Source of the DNA: an uncultured Actinomycetota bacterium
GTDB lineage: Bacteria > Actinomycetota > Thermoleophilia > Gaiellales > Gaiellaceae
Direction: 5' to 3'
Length of the DNA: 64,000 bases
Assembly: GCA_963768435.1 (NCBI GenBank)
Contig: CAVYIB010000017.1
Span: forward strand, 8,923-72,922
This document shows positions 8,437 through 19,551 of this stretch, in pieces. How positions within the stretch are numbered: the first letter of the stretch is position 1; each line of letters opens with the position of its first letter. Under the pieces are notes generated by a model that was not told the origin of the DNA, made no database searches, and saw only the letters and a list, made by a program, of their open reading frames with translations. The position numbers and the translations under genes are program-made.

Positions 8437-9469
8437 ATGCCGCTTTACGACCTCGTTCGCAGACCTGCCGCTCGAGATCGACGGCGCAGACTACGAGGTC
8501 ACGGCGATCGAGATCTCACCGGAGTTCACGCGGAAGACAACGACGATCGTGGTGCGCGGCGGCGGCGGAGAAGGCCGCGGCGAGGACGTCACCTACGACC
8601 CGGCCGAGCACGATCCGGGTCGGTTTCCGCACCCGACACTCACCGGCTCGTGGACGTTCGACTCGCTCTCCAAGCACCTCGACGGCCTTGACCTCTTCCC
8701 TGTCGCCGAGCCGGCCCAGACGGCTTACCGCGACTACCGGCGCTGGGCGTTCGAGTCGGCTGCCCTCGACCTCGCCCTCCAGCAGGCCGGCCGCTCGCTC
8801 GGCGACGCCCTCGGACGCGAGGCGAAGCCCCTGAAGTTCGTCTCGTCGACCCGCGCCGGGTCGCTCGACGGCTGGTTGGCGCTCTATCCCGCTCTTCGCT
8901 TCAAGCTCGACCCGACATCGGAGTGGACGGACGAGCTCGTAGCCACGCTGGCTGCGGGCGGGAATGTCGACGTCATCGACCTCAAGGGCCAGTACCACGG
9001 GACGGTCGTGGACAACCCGGCCGACCCCGAGCTGTACCGGAGGGTGATCGACGGCTTCCCGAACGCGCTGATCGAGGATCCCGCCTTCTCCGAGGAGACG
9101 GACGCGATGCTCGAGCCCCAGCGTGCGCGGATCACGTGGGACGCACCGATCCACTCGTGGGCGGATGTCGAGGCCCTGCCGTTCGCACCACGTGTGCTCA
9201 ACAGCAAGCCGTCGCGCTTCGGCCCCGTGTCCCGGCTGTTCGAGTTCTACGATCGCTGCGCCGAGGAGGGGATCTCGCTCTACGGCGGCGGCCAGTTCGA
9301 GCTCGGGGTCGGGCGCGGACAGATCCAGCTGCTCGCCGGCCTGTTCCATCCGGACGGGTCGAACGACGTCGCGCCGGGCGGCTACAACGCCCCGGCCCCA
9401 CTCGCAGGGCTCCCGGTCAGCCCGCTCGACCCGAGCCCTGCAAGCACGGGATTCCGCCGCGCCGAGTAG
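8437..9469 (+). CDS. Enolase-superfamily-like protein (divergent MR/MLE-type barrel), frameshift near 8452-8456
   Basis: ATG 8437 gives MPLYDL, then the frame of ORF 8549..9469 continues upstream as FADLPLEIDGADYEVTAIEISPEFTRKTTTIVVRGGGGEGRGE. Motifs include ESAALDLAL, RFKLD, DLKG and LIEDP. The family call is tentative. Confidence 0.5.
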
Positions 9470-9501
9470 GCAAACGCCTCCAGGAGCTATCCTGAGCCCC
9501 G

Positions 9502-9936
9502 GTGCGCTGGCTGCTCATCACCTCGGTCGTGGCCGTCGCAGGCATCTCGGTGCTCTCGGCCGCAGCCGCCCAGCCGCCGGATCCCTGCGTCCTGATCTCC
9601 ACCACGGACGCCTCGACCGTACTCGGCGCCACGCCGCCCAAGGCGAAGCCGAAGACCGTCGGCGTAACCCGGATCTGCACCTACACGGTCAAGAAGAAGA
9701 CGATGACCGTGCAGACCTCGAAGGTCGCGACACAGACCGCGTTCGACAAGGCCGCGAAGACGATCAAGGGCATCGTCGTCCCGGTTCAGGCCGTCGGCGC
9801 CGACACCTGGTCGGCAAACGGCACGACGCTCCTCGTCTGGAAGAACGGCACGGCGATCACGATCAAGTTCGTCGGCGTCGAGCCGTTCGTCGCGGCCCAG
9901 CAGTCACTCGCCAAGACCGCCTCCGGACGCCTTTAG
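9502..9936 (+). CDS. Secreted hypothetical protein
   Basis: ORF 9502..9936 has a GTG start and a signal peptide (MRWLLITSVVAVAGISVLSAAAAQP). The mature part is beta-rich. Confidence 0.55.
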   Translation: MRWLLITSVVAVAGISVLSAAAAQPPDPCVLISTTDASTVLGATPPKAKPKTVGVTRICTYTVKKKTMTVQTSKVATQTAFDKAAKTIKGIVVPVQAVGADTWSANGTTLLVWKNGTAITIKFVGVEPFVAAQQSLAKTASGRL

Positions 9937-10440
9937 CAACGCGCGCCGAAGGGCGGGCTCGTCGATCCGCTCGAACGCGTCGTGCCAGGTGAGCCACTCG
10001 GCCGCGTGCACCTCGGCGGCGTCGGGCGCGAGCTCGCCGGTCGCGACCAGGTGGAACCGCAGGTCGAGGTGGTAGTGCTCATCCCAGGGCACCCAGTGGA
10101 TATCGACGTCGAGCAGCCCCGGCCGGGCCGGCGCGACGGTGAGCCCGGTCTCCTCACGCGCCTCCCGCTCGGCCGCGGCGACCGCTGTCGCGTCCCCGGG
10201 CTCGAAGTGGCCGCCCGGCTGGAACCACGAGCCGCTCTTGCGGTGATGCACGAGGAGCGTGCGCTCACCGGCCTCGTCGACGACAACCGCGGAAGCCGTG
10301 AAGTGCGCGCGCGGTTGCTCCCGCGAGAACGGATAGTCGAGCGTCTCGGCCCAGTCGCGCATCCGGTCGAGATCGGCTGCCTCCTCGACATCGGCCGGCT
10401 CATGCGCAGCCAGAAGCGCGACCAGCTCTTCCCGGTTCAC
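9904..10440 (-). CDS. NUDIX hydrolase
   Basis: This is the C-terminal part of the composite ORF 9904..13368, with GTG at 10440 (VNREELVALL). The Nudix box is GGHFEPGDATAVAAAEREAREETGL. Confidence 0.8.
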   Translation of the reverse strand: MNREELVALLAAHEPADVEEAADLDRMRDWAETLDYPFSREQPRAHFTASAVVVDEAGERTLLVHHRKSGSWFQPGGHFEPGDATAVAAAEREAREETGLTVAPARPGLLDVDIHWVPWDEHYHLDLRFHLVATGELAPDAAEVHAAEWLTWHDAFERIDEPALRRALLKASGGGLGE

Positions 10441-10442
10441 GG

Positions 10443-12990
10443 CTACTCGTACTGGAGCGCGTTGAGCACGTTCAGCTTCGACGCGCGGCGCGCCGGGAAG
10501 ATCGCCGCGAGGAGACCGACGATGATCGCGGCGATGATGAAGACGATCAGCGTGCCCCACGGAACGACGAACGGCACGTCGGAGAGCGCGCGGTCGAAGA
10601 GGAAGGCGAGCACCAGGCCGACCGGGATCCCGAGCGCCGCGCCGAGCAGTGCAGTGATCACCGCCTCGTGGCGGATCATCCGCCGCGTCTGCCGGCGGGT
10701 CATCCCGACCGCGCGGAGCATCCCGATCTCCCGCGTCCGCTCGAACACGGTCAGGATCAGCGTGTTCACGATCCCGAACAGGCTGACGATGATCGAGAGG
10801 CCGAGCAGGACGTAGAGCAGGATCAGGAACTGGTTGATTCCCTGCTCCTGGGTGTTGATGAACTCGGCCTGGGTCTGGATCTTGGCGTCCGGATAGGCGT
10901 TGAGCACTGCGTTCAGCTTCGCCGTGTTCGCCGGGGTGACGCCGCCGGGCGTGTTGACGAAGGTGAAGACGTTCTGCGGGTTCGGGTAGACGGAGTCGAA
11001 CGCCTGCGACGAGATCGTCACCGTGCCGAGCGGCGAGCCGCCCTGTGGTGGGGCGACGATCGCGTGTACGCGCAGGTTCAGGAACTTGGCGCCGGGTGTC
11101 TCGAGCCGGATCGGCGAGCCGACGCTGAGATCGTGGTTCTTCGCGTAGCCCTTGGTCAGGATCGCACCCGTCATCCCCAGCGTGTCGAGATCGGTGTTCG
11201 TCCCGTCCTGCCAGTTGAGCTTCAGGACCTGCGAGATGCCTGGATCGACCCCGGCCACCGGGAGCGACTTCCCGGCGACCCGGCCGTCGCCCGCGCGAAC
11301 CCCGGCGACGAGAGTCGCGACGCCCGACTGACGGAGGGCCTCGGCCGAGGCCGTCGAGGTAGGCGTGAAGCCGTCCTGCGAAGTGAGGGCGTAATCGGCA
11401 TGGAACTCCGAGGCCACCGCGTCCTCGAACTGCGCCTTGATCCCCTGCGCGAGCACGGCGACGATCGTCACGAGCGCGAGCCCGATCATCAGCGCGGCGG
11501 CGGTCGACGCGGTCCGCGCCGGGTTTCGCATCGAGTTCGAACGGGCGAGGGTGCCGGAGACGCCGCCGATCAACTGGGCGGGACGGCCGAGGACCGAGGC
11601 GAGCGGACGGGCGACGCTCGGCGCCACCATCGCGACACCGATGAAGAAGCCGAGGACGCCGACGCCGAGCAGGATCAAGCGGTTGCCGGTCGTGAGTCCG
11701 CTCCCGAACGAGCTGAAGAGGATCAGCGCGAGCGAGACAGCGCAGACGACAAGTGCGACCACCGGCCCGAAGCGGGCGAACCGCGACGGCGGCAGGATCG
11801 AGCCTTCGCGCACGGCCGCGATCGGCGGCACGCGGGTCGCCCGGACGGCCGGCCGCAGGCTTGCGAGGAGCGTGACGATGATCCCGAGCGCCATCGAGAT
11901 GATCACCGTGCGCCACGCGAACACGAGCCCCCGCTGCGGCAGGTCGGCCCCGAACGCCTTGAAGAGCGCGTCGAGGCCCTTGGCGAGCGCGAGCCCGACG
12001 AACAGGCCGACGAGCGATGCGAACGTCCCGAGCACGAGCCCTTCGATGATCACGACGCGCCGTACCTGTCGACCTGTTGCGCCCACGGCGCGGAGCGTCG
12101 CGAACTCGCGCGTGCGCTGGGCGATCGTGATCGACAGCGTGTTCGCGATCACGAAGGCGCCGACGAAGAGCGCGATGAAGCCGAAGGCGAGCAGGAAGTA
12201 CTGGAGGAACGCGAGCTGGTCGCTCGTCTCCTTCGTCGACGCGCTGGCCTGATCCTGGCCGGTGCGAACCTGGGTGTTCGGCGGGCAGGACCTTCTGGAT
12301 CTGGTCGACGAGGGCCTGTGCGGTCGTGCCGGGCTTCGCCGCCGCGTCGATCTGGTCCAGCTCGCCCACCTTGTGGAACAGCTTCTGAGCTGTCGGCAGA
12401 TCGAAGATCGCGAGGGTCGCGCCGCCGAGAGAGGTTGCGCTCCCGAACTTGATGATCGCGGCGATCTTGAACTCCTGCTCCTTGCCGCCCCGCGGGACGA
12501 CCGGCACGGTCTGCCCGATCTTGAAGCCCTGGCTGGAGGCGGTGTGCTCGTCGACTCCGACCTCGTGGGGCCCGTGGGGCCATGTGCCGGAGACGAGAGT
12601 CAGCGGGTTGAAGCGCGAGGGCCCGTTCGTGCTGAACGCGAGGCCGGGCGCGCCGCCGTGGGTGATCGTCTTGCCGTTCGAGCCGACGAACTGCGCCTGG
12701 TCGCCGATCCCGCCGTCGGCAGCGGCGACATCGGGCAGAGCCTGCACCCGGGCGAGCGTCGAGTCGGGGAACGACGGTGCATTCTGGGAGCCCCCGAAGG
12801 CCTCCTTGCCGGTCACGACCGCATCCGACCCGGAGTACGCGGTCGAGTAGATCGCGCTGAACCCGGCGTTGATCGTGTCGGTGAGGACGAACGTGCCGCT
12901 GACCATCGCGACGCCCATGACGATCGCAAGGGAGGTCAGGATCAGCCGGAGCTTGCGCCCGAGGATGTCCTTGAGCGCGACGCGGATCAC
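10443..12990 (-). CDS. MacB-like ABC transporter permease with two FtsX domains, frameshift near 12279-12285
   Basis: The N-terminal part is in the frame of ORF 9904..13368: [36 protein letters not shown]...IQKVLP. It continues in ORF 10443..12152 and its upstream extension: PNTQVRTGQDQASASTKETSDQLAFLQYFLLAFGFIALFVGAFVIANTLSITIAQRTREFATLRAVGA. The GTG start overlaps the ATPase stop as GTGA. Confidence 0.85.
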
Positions 12991-13739
12991 GACGCGGCGG
13001 CGGGCACGCCTTCGAGCTCGTTCATCGTCTTCAGCACCTCGGCCGCGGTGGCGCCCTTCTGATCGAGGACGATGTCGCCGTCGGCGATGTAGAGGATCCG
13101 ATCGGCGATCGCGGCGGCGCGGGGATCGTGGGTGACCATGACGATCGTCTGCCCGTAGGTGTCGCAGCAATCGCGGAGCAGCGCGAGGATCTCGGTGCTC
13201 GAACGCGAGTCCAGGTTGCCCGTCGGCTCGTCGGCGAAGATCACCGTCGGCCGGGAGACGAGGGACCGCGCGACGGCGACCCGCTGTTGCTGCCCGCCTG
13301 ACAGCTGGGTGGGGCGGTGCTTGAGGCGGTGCGAGAGCCCGACCTTCTCGATCAGCTCGGCGAACCATTTCTCGTCGACGTCCTCGCCGGCGACGGAGAG
13401 CGGGAGCTTCACGTTCTCCTCGGCGTTGAGCATCGGGAGCAGGTTGTAGAACTGGAACACGAAGCCGATGTGGTTGCGCCTCAGGTGCGTGAGCGCGTTG
13501 TCGTTCATGCTCGTGATCTCCTCGCCGGCGACGGTGACCGAGCCGCTCGTCGGCTTGTCGAGTCCGGCGAGGATGTGCATGAGCGTCGACTTGCCCGAGC
13601 CCGACGGGCCCATCACGGCGGTCAGCTTGCCGCGCTCGATCTCGAGCGACACCCCTCGCAATGCGTCGACCGCGGTCTCACCCTCGCCGTACCGGCGCGT
13701 GATGTCCGTTGCGGTGACAACAGCTCCGTCACTGCCCAT
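12987..13739 (-). CDS. ABC transporter ATP-binding protein (MacB/LolD type)
   Basis: ORF 12987..13793, with ATG at 13739. It has Walker A (GPSGSGKST), the signature ([13 protein letters not shown]) and Walker B ([11 protein letters not shown]). Confidence 0.9.
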   Translation of the reverse strand: MGSDGAVVTATDITRRYGEGETAVDALRGVSLEIERGKLTAVMGPSGSGKSTLMHILAGLDKPTSGSVTVAGEEITSMNDNALTHLRRNHIGFVFQFYNLLPMLNAEENVKLPLSVAGEDVDEKWFAELIEKVGLSHRLKHRPTQLSGGQQQRVAVARSLVSRPTVIFADEPTGNLDSRSSTEILALLRDCCDTYGQTIVMVTHDPRAAAIADRILYIADGDIVLDQKGATAAEVLKTMNELEGVPAAAS

Positions 13740-13829
13740 GGCTCCGAGACTACCCGCCCCGACGTGGCCGGGGAGTACGGATAACCGCACCATTTCGGGC
13801 GCGACCGCTTGTTGCCCAGGCGAAGCCGG

Positions 13830-14849
13830 TCAGACCGAGGCTGTGTTCGCGAACTGCGGGATCACGTCGCGGCCGTAGGCCTCGAGCGTCTCTTCCTGGG
13901 CGTTCGTCATCAGGTAGACGTTGAACTGGTCGACGCCCACCGCCTCGAGTCCGCGTAGCTTGGCGGCGCACTGGTCGGCGGAGCCGATGACGGTGAAGCG
14001 ATCGCAGATCTCGTCGGTCACGAACTCGCCGTGGGCAGCCCCGACGCGTGAGTGGTCCTTGTAGTCGTAGAACTTCCGCGCCTTGACGAAGTCCGTCAGC
14101 TCCGACGGGATGTCCGAGTCGTAGCCGTAGCGCTCGACCAGGTCCATCACATGGTTCGAGACCATCGCCGGGAACCAGCGCACCTCCTCGCGGCACTTGT
14201 CCAGATCGGCGTCGACCTTGGAGGGCGCACCGACGATGCATTGGAGCGCGTCCGGGTCGCGGCCCGCCTTCTCGGCGGACGCGCGGGCGGTGGCCATGAT
14301 CCACTCGACGATCACCGGATCGGCGAGCTGGATGATCACGCCGTCGGAGACGCGGCCGGCGACGGCGAGCGCCTTCGGGCCGTAGCCGGCGACGAACATC
14401 GGGATCGGCGGATCGTCGTGCGCCCAGGTGAGCTGCAGGTCCTTGTCGTTCCAGTGCACCTCGCGGCCGTTCATGAAGTCGCGGATCATCTTGCAGGCCG
14501 CCTCGAACTCGGCCATCTTCACCGGCTCCTGGCCGATGAAGCGCCGTGCCGAGTCGCCGCGCCCGATGCCCATCACCATCCGGCCGCCGGAGATGTCATG
14601 GAGCGTCGCGTAGGCACTCGCGAGCACCGTCGGCTCACGCGTTCCCGGGTTCGTGACGAAGTGCCCGAGCTTCATCGTCGAGGTCCGGTCGGCAGCCAGC
14701 GCGAGCAGCGGGATCGACTCCTGCCAGAGCACATGCGAGTCGTACGTCCAGCCGTACTCGAAGCCGTTCTGCTCGGCGAGCTGGAGCAGCTCTAGGAAGC
14801 GGCCGAAGGGCGGGTCGGGCAGGACGGTGACGCCGAAGCTGATCGCCAT
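13830..14849 (-). CDS. LLM-class F420-dependent oxidoreductase
   Basis: ORF 13830..14849 shows the luciferase-like monooxygenase fold pattern: MAISFGVTVLPDPPF...GRMVMGIGRGDSA...FVAGYGPKALAVAGR. Confidence 0.8.
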   Translation of the reverse strand: MAISFGVTVLPDPPFGRFLELLQLAEQNGFEYGWTYDSHVLWQESIPLLALAADRTSTMKLGHFVTNPGTREPTVLASAYATLHDISGGRMVMGIGRGDSARRFIGQEPVKMAEFEAACKMIRDFMNGREVHWNDKDLQLTWAHDDPPIPMFVAGYGPKALAVAGRVSDGVIIQLADPVIVEWIMATARASAEKAGRDPDALQCIVGAPSKVDADLDKCREEVRWFPAMVSNHVMDLVERYGYDSDIPSELTDFVKARKFYDYKDHSRVGAAHGEFVTDEICDRFTVIGSADQCAAKLRGLEAVGVDQFNVYLMTNAQEETLEAYGRDVIPQFANTASV

Positions 14850-14878
14850 GGCGAGCAGACTATCGCTTAGATGCGGCA

Positions 14879-15517
14879 GTGAAAATCATCGGAACCGGGC
14901 TCAACTACCTCTCCCACATCGAGGAGCAGGGGATCAAGCCGCCGGCCGAGCCGTTGCTCTTCGGCAAGTTCCCGACCACGCTGATCGGACCGGGCGAGGC
15001 GATCGTGCTGCCGCCCGAGTCGGCGCACGTCGACTCGGAGGCCGAGCTGGCGGTGGAGATCGGCCGGGTGGGTCGCCGCATCCACGAGGACGACGCGCTC
15101 GACTTCGTCGCCGGCTACCGCTGCGCGAACGACGTCAGCGCGCGCGATCTGCAGCGCACCGACAAGCAGTGGACGCGGGCCAAGGGCTTCGACACGTTCT
15201 GCCCACTCGGCGCGGAGCTCGTACCGGTGTCGGAGCTCGGCGATGCGAGCGGGCTGCGGGTCGTGCAGCGGCTGAACGGCGAGCTGTTCCAGGACGGGAA
15301 CACCGCCGACCTGGTCTTCGGCATCCGCCGGCTCGTGGCGTTCGTCTCGTCCGTCTTCACGCTCGAGCCGGGCGACCTGATCCTGACCGGGACGCCGTCC
15401 GGCGTCGGCATCTTCCGGACGCCGCCGATCGCGATGGCTCCCGGGGATCTCGTCGAGATCGAGATCGACGGGATCGGTGTGCTCCGCAACCCGGTGGTGG
15501 CGGAGCGCGGGCTCTAG
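14879..15517 (+). CDS. Fumarylacetoacetate hydrolase (FAH) family protein
   Basis: ORF 14879..15517 has a GTG start. Motifs are GLNYLSHIEE, EAELAVEIG, GDLILTGTPSGVG. Confidence 0.85.
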   Translation: MKIIGTGLNYLSHIEEQGIKPPAEPLLFGKFPTTLIGPGEAIVLPPESAHVDSEAELAVEIGRVGRRIHEDDALDFVAGYRCANDVSARDLQRTDKQWTRAKGFDTFCPLGAELVPVSELGDASGLRVVQRLNGELFQDGNTADLVFGIRRLVAFVSSVFTLEPGDLILTGTPSGVGIFRTPPIAMAPGDLVEIEIDGIGVLRNPVVAERGL

Positions 15518-15766
15518 GAGGGCTCCGCCGCTTGCTTGCGCGCCTCGGCTCGGCGCGCCTCGTTCTCTTCGACGATGCGACGTAGGTTCTCCGCGTTCCT
15601 CACCATCAGCTCGCGTGCCTCGAGATCAGCCTTGGTCGGCCTCTTCTTCCCCAGTTTCCTCACCTCCCCCGAGGAGTCCTTCGATCCGGCTGAGCGAGCG
15701 GGCGATATCCGAGATCGTGAAGAGCATTCCGACGATCTCGCCCCTCTCGATCAGCTCTTCACCCAC
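15514..15766 (-). CDS. Small hypothetical protein, possibly about 83 aa if a frameshift near 15656 is repaired
   Basis: From GTG 15766 the reading VGEELIERGEIVGMLFTISDIARSLSRIEGLLGGGEE stops at 15626. The next frame continues KLGKKRPTKADLEARELMVRNAENLRRIVEENEARRAEARKQAAEPS to a stop at 15514. There is no family assignment. Confidence 0.3.
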
Positions 15767-15822
15767 TGAGTCAGAGAGTGCCTGCGAGCCAGAAACGGCG
15801 CAAGGTGTCCCCGACGGACAGA

Positions 15823-17058
15823 TCAGCCGGCGAGCCAGGCGAGCGTCTTCGTCGCCAGCACGTCGAGCGCCCGAACCGAAAGCTCGAGATGCTCGGTCTT
15901 CGTGTCCTCGAGCTTCGTGTGCGAAAGGCCGCGCAGGCTCTGAACGAACACCATGACCGTCGGCACTCCCGCGCGTGAGACCTCGGCGGCGTCGTGGAGC
16001 GGGCCCGACGGAAGCCGGTGGGACGTCCCGGAGACCTCGCGGACAGCCTCGTCCGCGAACCCGATCAAGGTGTCGTCGAACAGGATCGGCTGGATCGACC
16101 AGATCCGCTCCCACGAAACCTCGATGTTCTCCTCGGCGGCGAACCGCTCGGATGCCGCCTTCGCCGCCGCGAGCATCCCGGCGAGGGCGTCCGCGTCGAG
16201 GTGGCGCTGGTCGAGGAGCTGCTCGGCGGTCTCGACGACCGAGGTGACGATCCCCGGCTTGCAGACGACGCCGCCGGAGGTACAGACGGCCCCTCCACCG
16301 GTATCCCGGGCGATATCGCGAATCTCGAGCGCCAGCTTCGCGGCCCCCGCAAGCGCGTCGCGCCGCTGATCCATCGGCGTCGAGCCGGAGTGCGCGGCCT
16401 GACCGCGCCAGGTGATCCGCGAGCGCTCCACGCCGAACGTCCCGAGCACGACACCGAGCGGGATGTCCATCGACTCGAGCACGGGCCCCTGCTCGATATG
16501 CAGCTCGAGGTAGGCGCCGGCACCGTCGAGCTGCGCGCGTGCATCGAGCGCGCGGTCGAGATCGACGCCGTGCTCGCGCAGGGCGTCGGGCAGAGCAACG
16601 CCGTCGCGGTCGGTCAGTTTCCGTAGCTCGTCCTGGTCGCGCATCGAGCCCGCGGCCGCCGACGAGCCGAAGAGCGACCGCCCGAAGCGCGCGCCCTCCT
16701 CGTCGGCCCAGTTCACGAGCCGCACCGGGACACTCGGCGGCCCCTCGTCGGCAATCCGCCGGAACACCTCGGCGCCCGCGACGACGTTCAGCGAGCCGTC
16801 GAGCCAGCCGCCGTTCGGGACCGAGTCCAGGTGACCGCCGATCAGTAGCGCCCTGTCGCCTTCACCGATCGTGAACCACTGGTTCCCGGCCTCGTCGATC
16901 TCCTCGCGCGCGCCGGTGCCCGCGAGCTTCCCGCGCAACCACTCGCGCGCACTCTCCCAGGTCTCGGTCCACGCAACCCGCTGCGCGCCGTTCTCGTCCT
17001 CGGTCAGCTCCCGAAGCTCGACGAGCTCGGCGACTGCGCGATCGGGTTCAAGTGGCAC
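15823..17058 (-). CDS. M20-family Zn-dependent amidohydrolase (N-carbamoyl-amino-acid / beta-ureidopropionase / allantoate amidohydrolase type)
   Basis: ORF 15823..17058 carries GGHLDSVPNGGWLDG, ADEEGARFG, LELHIEQGPVLE and GQAAHSGSTPM. Confidence 0.85.
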   Translation of the reverse strand: MPLEPDRAVAELVELRELTEDENGAQRVAWTETWESAREWLRGKLAGTGAREEIDEAGNQWFTIGEGDRALLIGGHLDSVPNGGWLDGSLNVVAGAEVFRRIADEGPPSVPVRLVNWADEEGARFGRSLFGSSAAAGSMRDQDELRKLTDRDGVALPDALREHGVDLDRALDARAQLDGAGAYLELHIEQGPVLESMDIPLGVVLGTFGVERSRITWRGQAAHSGSTPMDQRRDALAGAAKLALEIRDIARDTGGGAVCTSGGVVCKPGIVTSVVETAEQLLDQRHLDADALAGMLAAAKAASERFAAEENIEVSWERIWSIQPILFDDTLIGFADEAVREVSGTSHRLPSGPLHDAAEVSRAGVPTVMVFVQSLRGLSHTKLEDTKTEHLELSVRALDVLATKTLAWLAG

Positions 17059-17091
17059 GGCCTGACTTTACAACTGCGATATTCCAGCGCG

Positions 17092-17925
17092 ATGCGGAAC
17101 GCAGGCAAGCGAGTCGGGGTCTTCCTGTTGGTCCTCGCCGTGATCTGGGGGCTGTGGGAGGGCTGGCACTGGATCGGGACCCGCTACCACCTGACCTGGC
17201 CCTTCGCGGTCAACGACGTGACGATGCCGCACCTGCACAAGATCGTCGAGGCGCTGTTCCAGCCGGCCCAGGTGAACGGGCCGTGGCTGATCCAGATCCT
17301 CTGGCACAACAGCCTCTTCACGGCGAAGGAATGCATCCTCGGGTTCCTGATCGGGGCGATCGTCGGCTTCCTGATCGCGGTCGCGCTCTCGCAGTCGCGC
17401 ATCCTCGCGCTCGGGTTCATCCCCTACGTCGTCGCGTCGCAGACGATCCCGCTCCTCGCGATCGCGCCGATGGTCGTCGTCGGCCTCGGCTCCAAGGGCG
17501 TGAAGGACTGGATCTCGGTCGCCGTGCTCGCGGCGTACCTCACGTTCTTCCCCGTTACGATCAACACCTTGCGGGGACTCGAGTCAGCCGATCCGCGCGC
17601 GGTCGAGCTGATGGAGTCGTATGCGGCCGGACGCTGGCAGATCCTCTGGAAGCTCCAGGTGCCGAACTCGATCCCGTACCTCTTCTCGGCCTTCCGGATC
17701 GCGGCGCCGCTCGCCGTCGTCGGCGCGATCATCTCCGAGCCCGCCGCCTCGATCCAGGGCGGGCTCGGCGGCGCGATCGTCAACTTCAGCCAGTACTACA
17801 CGATCGAGCCGCAGGAGCTCTGGGCGACGAACATCATCACCGCGTTGCTCGGGATCGCGTTCTTCCTGGCGGTCGTGGGCGTCGAGAAGCTGGTCGTGCA
17901 CCGCGCGCCGGAGCACTACGCATGA
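17092..17925 (+). CDS. ABC transporter permease (NitT/TauT family)
   Basis: ORF 17092..17925 is multi-TM with an EAA-like loop (LESADPRAVELMESYAAGRWQILWKLQVP). Confidence 0.85.
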   Translation: MRNAGKRVGVFLLVLAVIWGLWEGWHWIGTRYHLTWPFAVNDVTMPHLHKIVEALFQPAQVNGPWLIQILWHNSLFTAKECILGFLIGAIVGFLIAVALSQSRILALGFIPYVVASQTIPLLAIAPMVVVGLGSKGVKDWISVAVLAAYLTFFPVTINTLRGLESADPRAVELMESYAAGRWQILWKLQVPNSIPYLFSAFRIAAPLAVVGAIISEPAASIQGGLGGAIVNFSQYYTIEPQELWATNIITALLGIAFFLAVVGVEKLVVHRAPEHYA

Positions 17926-18737
17926 CCGATTCGCCCGAGAAGGTCGTCGAGCTCGCGGGCGTCACCAAGGAGTTCGCGCAGGGAAAGACGGTCGCGCTCC
18001 AGGGGATCGACCTGACGATCGACGCCGGCGAGTTCATCTCGCTGATCGGCCCGTCGGGCTGCGGGAAGTCGACGCTCCTTCGCATCATCGGCGACCTCGT
18101 CGAGCCGACGAGCGGCCAGGTGACGGTGAACGGGAAGCCGGCCCGCCAGGCCCGGAACGACCGCGACTACGGGATCGTCTTCCAGCACGCGGTGCTCTAC
18201 GACTGGCGCACCGTGACGAAGAACATCGCGCTGCCACTCGAGATGCTCGGCTGGCCGCGGGCCAAGCGCGCCGACCGGATCAAGGAGATGCTCGAGCTCG
18301 TCGAGCTCACCGGGTTCGAGAGCCACTACCCCTGGCAGCTCTCCGGCGGAATGCAGCAGCGCGTCTCGATCGCCCGAGCCCTGTCATTCTCGCCGGCTCT
18401 GCTGCTGATGGACGAGCCGTTCGGGGCACTCGACGAGATGACCCGCGAGCGACTGAACATGGAGCTCCTCGACATCTGGAAGGACAGCGGATCGACCACG
18501 ATCTTCGTCACGCACTCGATCGCCGAGGCGGTGTTCCTCTCGACGCGCGTCGTCGTGATGTCGCCGCGGCCGGGCCGGATCGCCGAGATCCTCGAGATCG
18601 ACCTGCCGCAGCCGAGGACGGCCGAGACGCGCGAGGACCCGCGTTTCTTCGAGCTCGTGACCAAGCTGCGCGAGTCGCTGCATCGCGGGGGCGCCGACCA
18701 GGTCTTCGAGAAGCTCGCACCGGAAGGTGACGCGTGA
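17922..18737 (+). CDS. ABC transporter ATP-binding protein (NitT/TauT family)
   Basis: This is the tail of ORF 17052..18737, starting at ATG 17922. It carries GPSGCGKSTLL, LSGGMQQRVSIARAL and LLMDEPFGALD. Its start overlaps the upstream permease stop. Confidence 0.9.
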   Translation: MTDSPEKVVELAGVTKEFAQGKTVALQGIDLTIDAGEFISLIGPSGCGKSTLLRIIGDLVEPTSGQVTVNGKPARQARNDRDYGIVFQHAVLYDWRTVTKNIALPLEMLGWPRAKRADRIKEMLELVELTGFESHYPWQLSGGMQQRVSIARALSFSPALLLMDEPFGALDEMTRERLNMELLDIWKDSGSTTIFVTHSIAEAVFLSTRVVVMSPRPGRIAEILEIDLPQPRTAETREDPRFFELVTKLRESLHRGGADQVFEKLAPEGDA

Positions 18738-19492
18738 AGAAGGGGCCGGCGAACTGGGTCCCGGCTCTGATCGTCTTCTTCGTCGGGATCGCCGTCTGGC
18801 AGTGGGTGCTCTCCCCGCTCGCCGGCAAGTTCCTGCTGCCGAGGCCCTCGGCGATCGCGAAGGCGTTCTGGGACAACCGGCACGTTCTCGTCAACGCCGG
18901 CTGGTTCACGTTCAAGGAGGCACTCGGCGGGTTCGTGATCGGCTCCGGGGCCGCGATCATCGTCGCGCTCGTGTTCGCGCGGTTCCAGCGGGTCGGCTCG
19001 GCGCTGATGCCGTACGCGATCGCCGCGAGCGCCGTCCCGATCATCGCGTTCGCCCCGATCACGAACGCCTGGTTCGGCGTGCTCAACCCGCACTCGAAGT
19101 GGGCGATCGCCGGGGTCCTCTGCTTCTTCCCGGTGCTCGTGAACACGCTGCGCGGGCTGCGATCGGTGCGGCCGGAGGCGATCGAGCTGATGCGCTCCTA
19201 CGCGGCGGGGGACATCGACATCTTCCGGCGCGTGCGGATCCCCGCCGCGCTGCCGTTCATCTTCGCCGGGCTCAAGGTCGCGACCGTTCTCGCGATGATC
19301 GGCGCGATCGTCGGCGACTACTTCGGCGGGGCGATCAACGCGCTCGGAGTGCAGATCGAGAACTCGATCTCGCTGTTCGACTTCGCGCTCGGCTGGGCCG
19401 CAATCGTCGTCGCGAGCGCGTTCGGGATCGCCTTCTACGCGGCGGTCTCGGTCGCAGAACGGTACTGCGTTCGCGGGATGACATCGACATGA
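18734..19492 (+). CDS. ABC transporter permease (NitT/TauT family), second subunit
   Basis: ORF 18734..19492 has a GTG start overlapping the ATPase stop. The EAA-like loop is RSVRPEAIELMRSYAAGDIDIFRRVRIP. Confidence 0.85.
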   Translation: MKKGPANWVPALIVFFVGIAVWQWVLSPLAGKFLLPRPSAIAKAFWDNRHVLVNAGWFTFKEALGGFVIGSGAAIIVALVFARFQRVGSALMPYAIAASAVPIIAFAPITNAWFGVLNPHSKWAIAGVLCFFPVLVNTLRGLRSVRPEAIELMRSYAAGDIDIFRRVRIPAALPFIFAGLKVATVLAMIGAIVGDYFGGAINALGVQIENSISLFDFALGWAAIVVASAFGIAFYAAVSVAERYCVRGMTST

Positions 19493-19551
19493 CTCCGGCG
19501 ATACGTCAGAATCGCTGATCGCCCCGGACGGCCCACCACGAAGGAGAGCAA

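Noticed and set aside
9904-13368. A 1154-aa ORF on the minus strand
   Set aside because: It is a composite. Its C-terminal end is the real NUDIX gene and a middle section is the N-terminal half of the FtsX permease. The rest is out-of-frame Arg-rich sequence overlapping the permease C-terminal half and the ABC ATPase.
15514-15517. Overlapping convergent stop codons sharing the palindrome CTAG (FAH gene and the small minus-strand ORF)
   Set aside because: This is a trivial consequence of TAG being read on both strands. No functional implication can be supported.
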